Assembly: GCA_017503285.1 (NCBI GenBank)
Contig: JAFVTH010000007.1
Location: forward strand, 71,088 to 135,087
DNA from: Clostridia bacterium
GTDB lineage: Bacteria; Bacillota; Clostridia; Oscillospirales; CAG-272
Length of the DNA stretch: 64,000 nucleotides
Reading direction: 5' to 3'
Part shown: piece after piece, positions 16,825-27,814 of the stretch
Layout of the letters: every line of letters begins with the position of its first letter
Position numbering within the stretch: the stretch's first letter is position 1
Made by a program: the position numbers and the translations under genes
The notes under the pieces: generated by a model
Seen by the model: the letters and a program-made list of their open reading frames with translations, nothing else
The model's database searches: none
What the model was told of the DNA's origin: nothing

Positions 16825-19440
16825 ATGAAATGGACATCACTTAACGACCTAAGAGAGAAATACCTTTCCTTCTTCGAGTCAAAGGAGCATCTTCGCTTAG
16901 GTAGCTTTTCACTTGTACCGAATAACGATAAATCACTTTTGCTTATAAATTCAGGCATGGCGCCTATGAAAAAGTTTTTCACAGGAGAGGTTGTGCCACC
17001 ATCAAAGAGAGTTACCACCTGCCAAAAGTGTATAAGAACACCGGACCTTGAAAGGGTTGGTCATACTGCGCGCCACGGCACATTCTTTGAAATGCTTTGC
17101 AACTTCAGCTTTGGCGACTACTTTAAGGAGCAGGCTATCGAGTGGGCTTGGGAGTTTCTTACCGTAACTCTTGAAATCCCTGCAAATCTCCTTTGGCCAT
17201 CTATTTACGAGAAGGATGAGGAGGCGTACGAGATTTGGACAAAGAAAATCGGCGTTGACCCTAACCACGTTGTAAGGCTTGGCAAGGCGGACAACTTCTG
17301 GGAGCACGGCAGCGGTCCTTGCGGTCCTTGCTCTGAAATATACTTCGACCGCGGAGAAAAGCGCGGCTGTGGCTCACCTGATTGTAAGCCGGGCTGCGAT
17401 TGTGACAGATTTATGGAAATTTGGAACAATGTTTTCTCTCAGTTTAACAACGATGGCAACGGCAATTATACAGAGCTTGCACAAAAGAACATTGACACCG
17501 GTATGGGTCTTGAGCGTCTTGCTTGCGTTATGCAGGATGTTGACAATATGTTCGAGGTTGACTCCGTTCGTAAGATCCTTGACACAGTTTGCAAAATCTC
17601 CGGCAAGACCTATGGTAAGGACGCGCAGGACGATATTTCAATCCGTGTAATTACTGACCATACAAGAAGTGCAACATTTATGATTAGCGACGGCGTTATT
17701 CCTTCAAACGAGGGTCGTGGCTATGTTCTTCGCAGAATTATCCGTCGTGCCTGCAGACACGGTAAGCTCCTCGGCATTGACCGTCCTTTCCTTGTTGAAA
17801 TGTGCGAGGTTGCAATTGGCGAGAGCTGTGAGGCTTATACAGAGCTTAAGGAAAAGGCAGACTACATCAAAAAGGTGCTTAGCCTTGAGGAGGAGCGCTT
17901 TGATGCAACAATCGACCAGGGTCTTTCCATTCTTGACGATATTATGGCAAGAGCTAAGGCAGAGGGCAAGAGTGTAATTGACGGTGCTGATGCCTTCAAG
18001 CTATACGACACCTTTGGCTTCCCGATTGACCTAACAAGAGAGATTGCAGAGGAAAACGGCTTTGATACCGATATGGAAGGCTTTAATGCGCTTATGCAGG
18101 AGCAAAAGCAGAGGGCAAGACAGGCAAGAGCTTCTATAAGCGGCTGGAGCGACAAGGCAAAGAGCTTTGATTTGCCAAAGACAGAATTCCTTGGCTATGA
18201 TGCTGCCGAGTGCGAGGGCAAGGTGCTTGCAATCCTTGATGAAAACGGCGAGAGCGTTGAGCTGATTAGTGAGGGCGAATGCTCAATTATCCTTGATAAA
18301 ACTACCTTCTACGGAGAGGGTGGCGGTCAGGTTGGCGATACCGGCGTTTTGGAAATTAACGGTACATTTGTTCAAGTAAACGACACTAAAAAGAGTGACG
18401 GCATATATATTCATATATGTAATGAAATTAACACAACATTAAAGGTTGGCGACACAGTTAAGTGTGCGATTGACGAAACAAGAAGAGAAGCCATTAAGAG
18501 AAACCATTCTGCCGTTCATATGCTTCAAGCAGCACTAAGAGCTGTTCTTGGCTCACACGTTGAGCAAGCCGGCTCTTATGTTGACGAGAAAATGGGTCGC
18601 TTTGACTTTACACACTTCCAAGCTCTTTCCGATGAGGAAATTAACAAGGTGGAAACACTTGTAAACCTTAAGCTTATGAGTGGCTGTCAGGTACAAACCA
18701 TCGAAACCGATATTGAAACTGCACGCAAAAACGGAGCTATGGCTCTCTTTGGCGAAAAGTACGGCAAGGTTGTTCGTATGGTTAAGATGGGTGACTTTTC
18801 CACAGAGCTTTGCGGCGGTACTCACATTGATAACACAGCAAAGATTGGTCTTTTCAAGATAGTTACAGAAATCGGTGTTGCAGCCGGCGTTCGTAGAATT
18901 GAGGTTGTAACAGGCAACGGAGTTCTTAAGCTTCTTAGCGAAAAGCAGAGCCTTATCGATTCCTGCGCAAAAGAGCTAAAGTGCCAAAACGCAAACGATA
19001 TAGCAAAGAGAGCAGTTGCAGTTTTAGACGAGGTTAAGGAGCTTAAGAGAGAAATCGAAAGCCTTAACTCCAAGCTTGCAGGCTCTAAGGTTGACGAGCT
19101 TCTTGGCTCTGCCACGGCTGTCGGCAGCTACAAGGTTATTACAGCAGACCTTAAGGATATGGGCGTTGATGCTGCCCGTTCCCTTGGCGATACAATCAAG
19201 GATAAGGAGCCAAGCGCAGTTGCGGTATTTGCACTCCACCAGGGCGAAAGACTTAACTTTATTGCAGTTTGCGGCAAGGACGCAGTTAAGAGTGGCGCAC
19301 ACGCAGGCAATATCCTTCGCGAGGTTAGCGCAGTAACAGGCGGCAAGGGTGGTGGACGCCCTGACAGCGCAATGAGTGGTGGCAAGGATGTTTCCAAAAT
19401 CGAAAAAGCGCTTGAGCTTGTTTTACAGCTTTTGAAATAA
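16825..19440 (+). CDS. alaS: Alanine--tRNA ligase
   Basis: MKWTSLNDLREKYLSFFESKEH N-terminus, class II core, editing-domain HSAVH...CGGTH, C-terminal DHHA1-like region. ATG 16825 follows AAAGGA. The ORF-track extension from 16783 is unlikely. Confidence 0.95.
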   Translation: MKWTSLNDLREKYLSFFESKEHLRLGSFSLVPNNDKSLLLINSGMAPMKKFFTGEVVPPSKRVTTCQKCIRTPDLERVGHTARHGTFFEMLCNFSFGDYFKEQAIEWAWEFLTVTLEIPANLLWPSIYEKDEEAYEIWTKKIGVDPNHVVRLGKADNFWEHGSGPCGPCSEIYFDRGEKRGCGSPDCKPGCDCDRFMEIWNNVFSQFNNDGNGNYTELAQKNIDTGMGLERLACVMQDVDNMFEVDSVRKILDTVCKISGKTYGKDAQDDISIRVITDHTRSATFMISDGVIPSNEGRGYVLRRIIRRACRHGKLLGIDRPFLVEMCEVAIGESCEAYTELKEKADYIKKVLSLEEERFDATIDQGLSILDDIMARAKAEGKSVIDGADAFKLYDTFGFPIDLTREIAEENGFDTDMEGFNALMQEQKQRARQARASISGWSDKAKSFDLPKTEFLGYDAAECEGKVLAILDENGESVELISEGECSIILDKTTFYGEGGGQVGDTGVLEINGTFVQVNDTKKSDGIYIHICNEINTTLKVGDTVKCAIDETRREAIKRNHSAVHMLQAALRAVLGSHVEQAGSYVDEKMGRFDFTHFQALSDEEINKVETLVNLKLMSGCQVQTIETDIETARKNGAMALFGEKYGKVVRMVKMGDFSTELCGGTHIDNTAKIGLFKIVTEIGVAAGVRRIEVVTGNGVLKLLSEKQSLIDSCAKELKCQNANDIAKRAVAVLDEVKELKREIESLNSKLAGSKVDELLGSATAVGSYKVITADLKDMGVDAARSLGDTIKDKEPSAVAVFALHQGERLNFIAVCGKDAVKSGAHAGNILREVSAVTGGKGGGRPDSAMSGGKDVSKIEKALELVLQLLK

Positions 19441-19447
19441 TAAATGA

Positions 19448-19487
19448 AAGAGAGCTATGGCATAGTGCCGGGCTCTCTTCTTTTATT
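19448..19487 (+). terminator. Intrinsic terminator after alaS
   Basis: AAGAGAGC-(inner GGCA-TAG-TGCC)-GCTCTCTT followed by CTTTTATTTAT. Confidence 0.65.
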
Positions 19488-19611
19488 TATAAAATATTTG
19501 TAATGCGCAGGTAAAATTTAGCGAAACTCTATTTACTTTTATATAAAAATATGGTAAAATATAAAAAAATTTGGGTTTTTGTAAAACCGTAAAAAATAAA
19601 GGAGAGTAAAG

Positions 19612-19962
19612 ATGTTAAATTTGCTTTTAACTGCTACTAACGGCGGCGCAACACCTGCACCGGAAGCTGAAACGCCTGTTTGGCTTGTTTGCTTGCTTGG
19701 TATAGCTGTTGTGTTTGTTGGACTTATTGCAATTATCGGTCTTGTTGAGCTTATGACCTTTATTTGTAACAAGATTTCAAGCGCTGTTGTAAGTAAGGAA
19801 GAAAAGGCAGCCCCTGCACCGGCTCCGGTACAGTCAGCACCTACACCGGTTGGCGCTATCGAAAACCGCGGAGAGCTTGTTGCTGCAATTTGCGCAGCCG
19901 TAGCAGAGGAAGAGGGTACGGACATTTCCGCTATCCGAGTTGTATCATTAAAAAAATTATAA
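19612..19962 (+). CDS. oadG: OadG-family gamma subunit of a Na+-translocating decarboxylase
   Basis: Single N-terminal TM helix, Ala/Pro linker, C-terminal AAICAAVAEEEGTDISAIRVVSLKKL typical of OadG. Confidence 0.75.
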   Translation: MLNLLLTATNGGATPAPEAETPVWLVCLLGIAVVFVGLIAIIGLVELMTFICNKISSAVVSKEEKAAPAPAPVQSAPTPVGAIENRGELVAAICAAVAEEEGTDISAIRVVSLKKL

Positions 19963-19982
19963 TTTGAAAGGATTTAATAGAA

Positions 19983-20342
19983 ATGAAAGCATATAAGGTT
20001 ACTGTAAACGGAAATGTTTATGAAATTACACTAGAGGTTATTGATAAGGCTGATATAAAGGCTGCGCCTGCACCGGCTGCAGCAGCACCGGCACCGGCAG
20101 CAGCTCCTGCAGCTCCTGCACAGGCAGGCGCGCAGACAGTTACTGCACCAATGCCCGGTAACATTCTTAAGGTTAATGTATCTAACGGTCAAGCTGTAAA
20201 GAAGGGCGACGTGCTTATGATTCTTGAGGCTATGAAGATGGAAAATGAAATTATGTGTCCGGCTGACGGCACAGTTGCTTCTGTAAACGTTACAGCAGGC
20301 ACAACTGTTGAGGCTGGTACTGTACTTTGCTCTATCAACTAA
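19983..20342 (+). CDS. Biotin carboxyl carrier protein (biotinyl domain subunit of the decarboxylase)
   Basis: Ala/Pro-rich linker, then a biotinyl domain with EAMKMENEI. Confidence 0.9.
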   Translation: MKAYKVTVNGNVYEITLEVIDKADIKAAPAPAAAAPAPAAAPAAPAQAGAQTVTAPMPGNILKVNVSNGQAVKKGDVLMILEAMKMENEIMCPADGTVASVNVTAGTTVEAGTVLCSIN

Positions 20343-20354
20343 TAAGGTGACATC

Positions 20355-21677
20355 ATGGGCGAAAAAATATTAAACTTCTTACAGGACACAGGCTTTTATA
20401 AGTTTGTCGAGGGTGACAACTGGAAGATGATCATTATGATCGTTGTTGCTTGTGTTCTTTGCTACCTTGCTATTGCAAAGAAGTTTGAGCCGTTGCTCCT
20501 TCTTCCAATCGCAATCGGTATGCTGCTTACAAACCTGCCGGGGGCAGAAATGTTCCATGAGGAGCTTTTTGCCGGCGGTCATATTAACTGGACGCTGTTT
20601 GGCGGCAGCCCGGTGACAGAGGAAATGCTGGCTGAGCTTGTTGCAAACGGCGTTCCCGTTGATGGTGCTGTTTATCAAAATCTTGCCGCACTTTGTGAGG
20701 CAGGACAGGGCATTACAGTAGGTCTTTTGGACATTCTATACCTTGGCGTAAAGCTTGGCATTTATCCATGCCTTATCTTTATCGGCGTTGGCGCAATGAC
20801 AGACTTTGGTCCGCTTCTTGCAAACCCAAAGAGCTTGATCCTTGGCGCTGCTGCACAGGTTGGTATCTTTGCAACCGTTGCAGGCGTTATGGGTGTTAGC
20901 GCTCTTGGCAATCAATTCGGCTGGGATCAAATCAAGTTCGCATTAGAGGAGGCTGCATCTATCGGTATTATCGGTGGTGCTGACGGTCCTACTGCAATCT
21001 TTGTTACATCAAAGCTTGCACCTCAGCTTCTCGGTCCGATTGCCGTTGCCGCATACTCATACATGGCTCTCGTTCCTGTTATTCAGCCACCTATTATGAA
21101 GGCGCTGACAACAAAGAAGGAAAGAGAAATCAAAATGCCTGCTCTCCGTCCTGTTTCAAAGACAGCAAAGATTGTTTTCCCAATCGTAGTTACTGCCTTT
21201 GTTGCACTTCTTGTTCCATCAGCAGCAGCCCTTGTTGGTTGTCTGATGTTTGGTAACCTGCTTAAGGAATGTGGCGTTTGCGACAGACTTTCCAAGACCG
21301 TTCAAAACGAGCTTATGAATATTGTTACTGTGTTCCTTGGTATTTCCGTTGGTGCAACTGCAACAGCTGCAACCTTCCTCTCTCCAAGAACACTTATCAT
21401 CATTGTAATGGGCGTTATTGCCTTCGGCGTTGCTACTGCAAGCGGCGTTCTAATTGCAAAGCTTATGAACCTTTTCCTGCCGGAGGGCAAGAAAATCAAT
21501 CCGCTTATCGGTTCAGCCGGTGTTTCTGCTGTACCTATGGCTGCAAGAGTTTCACAAAAGGTTGGTCAAGAGGCTAATCCATCTAACTTCTTGCTTATGC
21601 ACGCGATGGGTCCAAACGTTGCAGGCGTTATCGGCTCTGCAATTGCAGCAGGCGTACTTATGGCACTTCTCGGTTAA
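20355..21677 (+). CDS. oadB: Na+-translocating decarboxylase beta subunit (OadB/GcdB/MmdB family)
   Basis: 440-aa polytopic membrane protein whose overall pattern matches the OadB family as I recall it; operon context supports it. Confidence 0.85.
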   Translation: MGEKILNFLQDTGFYKFVEGDNWKMIIMIVVACVLCYLAIAKKFEPLLLLPIAIGMLLTNLPGAEMFHEELFAGGHINWTLFGGSPVTEEMLAELVANGVPVDGAVYQNLAALCEAGQGITVGLLDILYLGVKLGIYPCLIFIGVGAMTDFGPLLANPKSLILGAAAQVGIFATVAGVMGVSALGNQFGWDQIKFALEEAASIGIIGGADGPTAIFVTSKLAPQLLGPIAVAAYSYMALVPVIQPPIMKALTTKKEREIKMPALRPVSKTAKIVFPIVVTAFVALLVPSAAALVGCLMFGNLLKECGVCDRLSKTVQNELMNIVTVFLGISVGATATAATFLSPRTLIIIVMGVIAFGVATASGVLIAKLMNLFLPEGKKINPLIGSAGVSAVPMAARVSQKVGQEANPSNFLLMHAMGPNVAGVIGSAIAAGVLMALLG

Positions 21678-21697
21678 TAAATTACGGGGTAAAATAA

Positions 21698-23095
21698 ATG
21701 GCTAAAAAAGTTTTAATTACAGATACAATTTTGCGTGATGCCCATCAATCTCAAGCCGCTACAAGAATGAGGATAGAGGATATGCTTCCTGCTTGTCGCG
21801 CGCTTAACGAGGTTGGATACTGGTCACTTGAATGCTGGGGAGGCGCAACCTTCGACTCCTGCATGCGTTTTCTTGGCGAGGACCCATGGGAAAGACTACG
21901 CACACTTAAAAGGGCAATGCCTGACACAAAGCTCCAAATGCTTCTCCGTGGTCAAAACCTACTTGGCTACAAGCACTACGCAGACGATGTTGTAGAGGAG
22001 TTTGTAAAGAAATCTATTGAAAACGGTATTGATGTTGTTCGTATTTTCGACGCACTTAACGATGTAAGAAACATCGAAACCGCAATGAAGGCAACAAAGA
22101 AATACGGTGGACACGTTGAGGCTGCTATTTCTTACACAGAAAGCCCGGTTCACAACCTTGAATACTTTGTTAAGCTCGCAAAGGAGCTTGAAAACAGAGG
22201 CGCAGACACAATTTGTATTAAGGATATGGCAAACCTTCTTTTGCCATACGACGCATACGAGCTTGTTTCTGCTCTTAAAAAGGAAATCAAGGTGCCAATC
22301 CACCTTCATACACATAACACAACCGGTACAGGCGATATGACATACCTTATGGCAATTCAAGCGGGGGTTGATATCATTGATACAGCACTTTCCCCACTTG
22401 CAAACGGTACATCTCAGCCATCTACCGAGGCTATTGTTGCAACACTTCAGGGCACAGAGTACGACACAGGCATTAAGCTTGAAAAGCTTAGTGATATTGC
22501 AGCTCACTTCAGAGGCGTTGCCACAAAGCTAAAGGAGCAGGGCTCTCTTGACCCTAAGGTTCTAAACGTTGACCCTAACACACTTCTATACCAGGTTCCG
22601 GGTGGTATGCTCTCAAACCTTATATCTCAGCTAAAGCAGGCTAAGGCAGAGGACAAATACTACGACGTGCTTGCCGAGGTTCCAAGAGTTAGAAAGGACT
22701 TTGGTTATCCACCACTTGTTACACCAACCAGCCAAATTGTTGGCTCACAGGCTGTGCTTAATGTTCTTTCCGGCGAAAGATACAAGATGGTTACAAAGGA
22801 ATCCAAGGGACTACTCCGTGGAGAATACGGTAAGGTTCCCGGCGAGGTAAACGAGGAGGTTAGAAGAAAGGCAATCGGAAACGAGGAAATCATTACCTGC
22901 CGTCCTGCTGACCTTATTGAGCCGGAGCTTGAAAAGTACAGAGCCGAGGCTGGCGACCTTGCAAAGTGCGATGAGGACGTTCTTTCCTACGCGCTGTTCC
23001 CACAGGTTGCAACCAAGTTCCTAACCGAAAGAAACAAGCCAAAGGCAGACCCAAATGATGTACGCGAAATCTTCGTTGAGGACATCAACTTCTAA
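21698..23095 (+). CDS. oadA: Oxaloacetate decarboxylase alpha subunit, carboxyltransferase part (no fused biotinyl domain)
   Basis: ITDTILRDAHQSQAATRM...HLHTHNTTG (HMGL-like/PYC_OADA carboxyltransferase). The protein ends without an AMKM motif. Confidence 0.88.
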   Translation: MAKKVLITDTILRDAHQSQAATRMRIEDMLPACRALNEVGYWSLECWGGATFDSCMRFLGEDPWERLRTLKRAMPDTKLQMLLRGQNLLGYKHYADDVVEEFVKKSIENGIDVVRIFDALNDVRNIETAMKATKKYGGHVEAAISYTESPVHNLEYFVKLAKELENRGADTICIKDMANLLLPYDAYELVSALKKEIKVPIHLHTHNTTGTGDMTYLMAIQAGVDIIDTALSPLANGTSQPSTEAIVATLQGTEYDTGIKLEKLSDIAAHFRGVATKLKEQGSLDPKVLNVDPNTLLYQVPGGMLSNLISQLKQAKAEDKYYDVLAEVPRVRKDFGYPPLVTPTSQIVGSQAVLNVLSGERYKMVTKESKGLLRGEYGKVPGEVNEEVRRKAIGNEEIITCRPADLIEPELEKYRAEAGDLAKCDEDVLSYALFPQVATKFLTERNKPKADPNDVREIFVEDINF

Positions 23096-23096
23096 A

Positions 23097-23129
23097 TAAA
23101 AAGGGCGAGCATTCAGCTCGCCTTTTTTT
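23097..23129 (+). terminator. Intrinsic terminator after the oad operon
   Basis: AAAAAGGGCGAGC-ATTCA-GCTCGCCTTTTTTT. Confidence 0.85.
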
Positions 23130-23191
23130 GTTGACACCTACCACGTGTCTGTGCTAAAATAAAAGAAGAATAGGAAAAGGGTGGTGAGCAT

Positions 23192-24295
23192 ATGAAAAGA
23201 GTTATACTTGCGTTAAGTATTATTTTTGCTATGCTTATGCTGTTTTCCTGTGGGCAGGCACCGCTTGGACAAATGGTGAAGCCGACAAAAATAGGCAACT
23301 GTGTAGGCGATAACCTATGGGAAATGTATGAATATGAGGATAAGCTGTTTTTTGGCACAGGTGACGGAAATCAAAACACAGGGCCAACCACCGTTTGGGC
23401 GTACGACCTAAGCACAAAGGAGTTTTTTGAAAGTGGCGTGCTTGACGAGGAGGTTGTAAATCGCTTCCTTACAATAGATGGAAAGCTGGTTGCACCCGGC
23501 ATTGACCCTACACAAAAGCAAAATATTTGCAATTATAATTATTACGAAAACGGACAATGGCACAAGGACAGGAATATTACTCAAACCCAGCATTGTCTTG
23601 ATATAATAAAATACAAGGACCATATGCTTTATGGGGTTGATGCCGAGGTTAGCTATCATCCTGTATTTATGTCTACGGACGGTGGAGAAACCTACGAAAG
23701 GCTTTGGTTTTATAAGGATGGAAAAAGGGTAACAAAAAACCTTTCAACTGCTCGTGTTTATGATTTTTTCGAGCTAGATGGTAGCCTTTATGCCATTCTT
23801 ACTACAAATGATTCTACAAAAAGGTACGTGGAGTCATATATTTATGATTATGAGGGCAAGAAATTTGACTTTATTTCGGACCTTTCCGACCAGTTAAGCA
23901 TAAGACCATATATCAATTTCAAGCTATTTGGCTCAAAATTAATTGTAAACGATACTGTATACATAGCAACCCCTGAGGGCTATTATACAAATGATATGAA
24001 AGCCTTTCATAAAATCGACACAGGAAACAGAGTGCTTTTCGACTACACAACCGACGGCGAAAAAATATATGCCCTATGTAGCAGGGTATATAGTGACGGT
24101 AGCTGTGAAACCTCTGTTATGGCAAAGGATATAAATAGCAATAGTGGCTTTGAAAACCTATTTTATTTCAAAAGCGAGTATTATTGCGTCAGCTTTGTAA
24201 AGAAAGGAAGCACCTTCTATTTTGGCACATCAGATGTTATGAGCAGTGGCGCAGAAAGAGGCGCAATTTTAACGGTAGAGTGGACAGAAAAGTAA
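23192..24295 (+). CDS. Hypothetical lipoprotein
   Basis: Signal peptide with lipobox (LMLFSCGQ). Tyr/Asp/Gly-rich 367-aa body, possibly a beta-propeller. No recognisable motif. Confidence 0.6.
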   Translation: MKRVILALSIIFAMLMLFSCGQAPLGQMVKPTKIGNCVGDNLWEMYEYEDKLFFGTGDGNQNTGPTTVWAYDLSTKEFFESGVLDEEVVNRFLTIDGKLVAPGIDPTQKQNICNYNYYENGQWHKDRNITQTQHCLDIIKYKDHMLYGVDAEVSYHPVFMSTDGGETYERLWFYKDGKRVTKNLSTARVYDFFELDGSLYAILTTNDSTKRYVESYIYDYEGKKFDFISDLSDQLSIRPYINFKLFGSKLIVNDTVYIATPEGYYTNDMKAFHKIDTGNRVLFDYTTDGEKIYALCSRVYSDGSCETSVMAKDINSNSGFENLFYFKSEYYCVSFVKKGSTFYFGTSDVMSSGAERGAILTVEWTEK

Positions 24296-24323
24296 AAAAA
24301 GACGGACACGTGTCCGTCTTTTT
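24294..24323. terminator. Bidirectional intrinsic terminator
   Basis: AAAAAAAGACGGACACGTGTCCGTCTTTTT. Confidence 0.85.
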
Positions 24324-24324
24324 G

Positions 24325-26232
24325 TTATTTCTTAACTGATTTTAGGTTATTTAGATAAAGCTCATAGCTCATATCCGATGGTATATTTAGGTCTGTTTTA
24401 GAAAGGGAAACAGAGCCAAGCTTAATGCCGTCAGGAGAGCAGGAGCGCTTAAAGTGTTGAGAAAAGAACCTCTTTATAAAGACCTCAAGCCACTTATAAA
24501 TTGTGTCCTTATCAAACATACCCTCAAAGGCAATAGTGGCAAGATAATAAACCTTGTCAGGTGCAAAGCCTCTGCCAACAAAATTATAAATAAAGAAGTC
24601 GTGTAGGTCATATGGTCCTACAAGGTCCTCTGTCTTCTGCTGAATTTTTCCGTCCTTAGCAGGAAGAAGCTCCGGAGAAACCGGAGTATCTAAAATATCG
24701 TAAAGGATTTTTGAAACGCTTGCCTTAGCACCCCTTGCATAGTGGGCAACCAATGCACGGACAAGAGTTTTTACAATAGCAGAGTTTACATTATACATTG
24801 ACATATGGTCGCCGTTGTAGGTTGCCCAGCCAAGTGCCACCTCGCTCATATCTCCTGTGCCCACAACAATGCCGCCAAGCTGGTTGGCAACGTCCATAAG
24901 CACCTGTGTCCTCTCACGAGCTTGCGCGTTTTCAAAGGCGACGGAGTGGTTTTCCATACTTTGACCTATATCCTCAAGATGAACCTTAACCGCCTCGGAA
25001 ATGTTGATTTCTCTTGTGGTAACACCAAACTCCTCACAAAGCAAAACAGCATTTGACTTTGTTCTGCTTGTTGTACCAAAGCAGGGCATAGTAATTGCCA
25101 CAATGCTTTTCCTGTCCCAACCAAGGTAGTCAGTAGCCTTTGCAAGAGTAATAAGTGCCAAGGTGGAGTCAAGCCCACCGGAAATACCGATAACTGCGCA
25201 TTTGGAATATGAAGCTGTAAGTCTTCTTGCAACGGCACGGGCTTCCATTTCAAAGATTTTCTCGCATCTTTTTGCCATTTCCTCTTGGTTTTCTAAAAGG
25301 AATGGATAAGGCAAAACCCTTCTTGTAAGGGCTGTATCCTCAACCCTTAACTGAAAAAAATTGCCACCGAGAGTTCCTGCAAGACCCTTGCCGACAAGCC
25401 CACCGTTTCTTTGCTTGTTTGCTATATAATTTACGTCAATTTCAGACACAAGGTCCCCTGTTTTTGAAGAAAATGGCTTATTTTCCCCAAGCACATCGCC
25501 GTTTTCACAAATGATATTGTGGGCGCTAAAGATAGCGGACGATGTGGACTCACCCTCGCCCGGGTTACAAACAATATAGCCACATGCATGGCGCTTGCTC
25601 TTTACCCTTGCAAGCATAAGTCTGTATTCCTCGCTTGCAACAGTTTCATAAGAGGCGCAGGGGTTAACAACAATAGTTGCACCTGCCCTTGTTAAGATAG
25701 ACGCGTTTTGTGACTCCATACCGATTTCACAGCCTACAACCAAATCCCTTACGTTTTCACAGGTGAAGAGAAGATGGGTGCCGTTTACAGGAGAGCTTAC
25801 CCCTGCATACTCATCAATAGGGAAATAGTCCTCCACAGGGGAAAAGATTTTTTCCTGCCCTAAAACATCGTCAATGGCAACTGTGTTTTTTACAACAAGA
25901 CCAAGAAGACAGCCTGCTTGCAAAACAGCCACACAGCTATAAACCTCGCCGCCATATCCAACAGGCACACCAACAAATGCAAGCGGGTCTGTACCACGTG
26001 TTTTTTCCATAATAGCCTTAATGCCGTTTTCACAGCCCTCTAGCATAAGACGGTCCCTTAGTAAATCTCCAAGGGAAGCACCGCAAAGGGTCAGCTCCGG
26101 AAAAACAAGAACCTTAACCCCCTCGCTGTCAGCCTTTAGAATTTCCTCTGCCACAAGTGTAGCGTTAAATTCGGGAGAGCCCAGTTTAATTTTAGGGGAA
26201 ACGCACTTAACCTTTATAAATCCGTTTTTCAT
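24325..26232 (-). CDS. nadE: Glutamine-dependent NAD+ synthase
   Basis: N-terminal CN-hydrolase (glutaminase) domain plus a C-terminal PP-loop synthetase domain with GISGGLDST. Confidence 0.9.
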   Translation of the reverse strand: MKNGFIKVKCVSPKIKLGSPEFNATLVAEEILKADSEGVKVLVFPELTLCGASLGDLLRDRLMLEGCENGIKAIMEKTRGTDPLAFVGVPVGYGGEVYSCVAVLQAGCLLGLVVKNTVAIDDVLGQEKIFSPVEDYFPIDEYAGVSSPVNGTHLLFTCENVRDLVVGCEIGMESQNASILTRAGATIVVNPCASYETVASEEYRLMLARVKSKRHACGYIVCNPGEGESTSSAIFSAHNIICENGDVLGENKPFSSKTGDLVSEIDVNYIANKQRNGGLVGKGLAGTLGGNFFQLRVEDTALTRRVLPYPFLLENQEEMAKRCEKIFEMEARAVARRLTASYSKCAVIGISGGLDSTLALITLAKATDYLGWDRKSIVAITMPCFGTTSRTKSNAVLLCEEFGVTTREINISEAVKVHLEDIGQSMENHSVAFENAQARERTQVLMDVANQLGGIVVGTGDMSEVALGWATYNGDHMSMYNVNSAIVKTLVRALVAHYARGAKASVSKILYDILDTPVSPELLPAKDGKIQQKTEDLVGPYDLHDFFIYNFVGRGFAPDKVYYLATIAFEGMFDKDTIYKWLEVFIKRFFSQHFKRSCSPDGIKLGSVSLSKTDLNIPSDMSYELYLNNLKSVKK

Positions 26233-26338
26233 ATATACCTCTTTTTTTGTAAAAAGTCTTGAAATTTGCTCTTATTTATTTTATTATATAATCATAACAT
26301 AAAAAATTCAACATTTTTTGAGAAAAAGAGGGGATTTT

Positions 26339-27778
26339 ATGAATATTAGCGAAAGACACCTTACGTTACTTTGTGATTTTTACGAGCTTACAATGGCTCG
26401 CGGTTACTTTAACTCGGAAATGAAGAATAAGGTTGCTTATTTTGATGTTTTTTTCAGAAAGGTTCCTGATGGCGGCGGATATGCTATCGCCTGTGGACTT
26501 GAGCAGATTATTGAATATATAAAGTCTATCAAGTTTACAAAGGACGATATTGAGTACCTAAGGGGCAAGAAAATTTTTGATGAGGGCTTTCTTGAATACC
26601 TAAGCACCTTTAGCTTTACAGGCGATATTTGGGCTGTGCCGGAGGGAACGGTTATTTTCCCCGGAGAGCCAATTATGACTGTCCGTGCAAACGCAATGGA
26701 GGCTCAGTTTATCGAAACCTTTATACTTCTCATCTTCAACCACCAATGCTTAGTTGCTACAAAGGCATCAAGAATTGTTCGTGCCGCACAGGGCAGACCT
26801 GTTTCTGAGTTTGGCTCTCGCCGTGCCCACGGTCCGGATGCCGCAATCTATGGCGCAAGGGCAGCATATATCGGCGGCTGTGCATCAACTGCCTGCACCG
26901 TAGCGGATATTATGTTCGGCGTGCCTGCAGGTGGCACCATGGCACACTCTTGGGTTCAAATGTTTGATGACGAATATACTGCCTTTTGTGAGTACTGCCG
27001 TCTTTATCCTAAAAACCCAACCCTTTTGGTTGATACCTACAATGTATTAAAATCCGGCGTTCCAAACGCAATCAAGGCATTTAAGGAAATGCTTACCGAG
27101 GAGGAAAGAAAACATTGTGCCGTTCGTCTTGACTCCGGCGATATAACATACCTTACAAAAAAGGTTAGAAAAATGCTTGATGCAGCAGGACTTACAGAGT
27201 GCAGAATAATAGTTTCCAACTCCTTAGATGAATACATTATTCGCGATATTCTTATGCAGGGCGCACAGGTTGACGGCTTTGGCGTCGGCGAAAGAATGAT
27301 AACCTCAAAGAGTGAGCCGGTGTTCGGCTGCGTATACAAGCTCTGCGCTGTCGAGGATGAGGGCAGGGTTGTGCCCCGTATCAAAATCAGCGAAAATGCA
27401 GCAAAGATAACAAATCCCGACTTTAAGAAGCTTTATCGCTTCTATTCCAAGGAAACAGGCAAGGCAGAGGCAGACCTTATCACAATATACGACGAGGCTA
27501 TTGACCCTACCCAGCCATATGAGCTTTTTGACCCGGATCACGTTTGGAAAAGAAAGCTTATGGTGGACTACGAGCTAAGGGAGCTTCTTGTTCCTATCTT
27601 TGAAAACGGTAAGTGCGTTTACACCTCTCCAAGCGTTAGTGAAATCAGAGAGAACTGTAAAAAGGAGCTTCTTTCTATGTGGGACGAGGTTTTGAGATTT
27701 GAAAATCCACACAACTATTACGTTGACCTTTCACAAAGGCTTTGGGACGAAAAGCATCAGCTCCTTAAAAAGAGATAA
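26339..27778 (+). CDS. pncB: Nicotinate phosphoribosyltransferase
   Basis: LLCDFYELTMARGYF, SEFGSRRAHG and the overall NAPRTase pattern. ATG 26339 follows AGAGGGG. Confidence 0.9.
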   Translation: MNISERHLTLLCDFYELTMARGYFNSEMKNKVAYFDVFFRKVPDGGGYAIACGLEQIIEYIKSIKFTKDDIEYLRGKKIFDEGFLEYLSTFSFTGDIWAVPEGTVIFPGEPIMTVRANAMEAQFIETFILLIFNHQCLVATKASRIVRAAQGRPVSEFGSRRAHGPDAAIYGARAAYIGGCASTACTVADIMFGVPAGGTMAHSWVQMFDDEYTAFCEYCRLYPKNPTLLVDTYNVLKSGVPNAIKAFKEMLTEEERKHCAVRLDSGDITYLTKKVRKMLDAAGLTECRIIVSNSLDEYIIRDILMQGAQVDGFGVGERMITSKSEPVFGCVYKLCAVEDEGRVVPRIKISENAAKITNPDFKKLYRFYSKETGKAEADLITIYDEAIDPTQPYELFDPDHVWKRKLMVDYELRELLVPIFENGKCVYTSPSVSEIRENCKKELLSMWDEVLRFENPHNYYVDLSQRLWDEKHQLLKKR

Positions 27779-27814
27779 TTTAGCTACCTATGTAGCGTAG
27801 AAAAGAGAAAAAAT

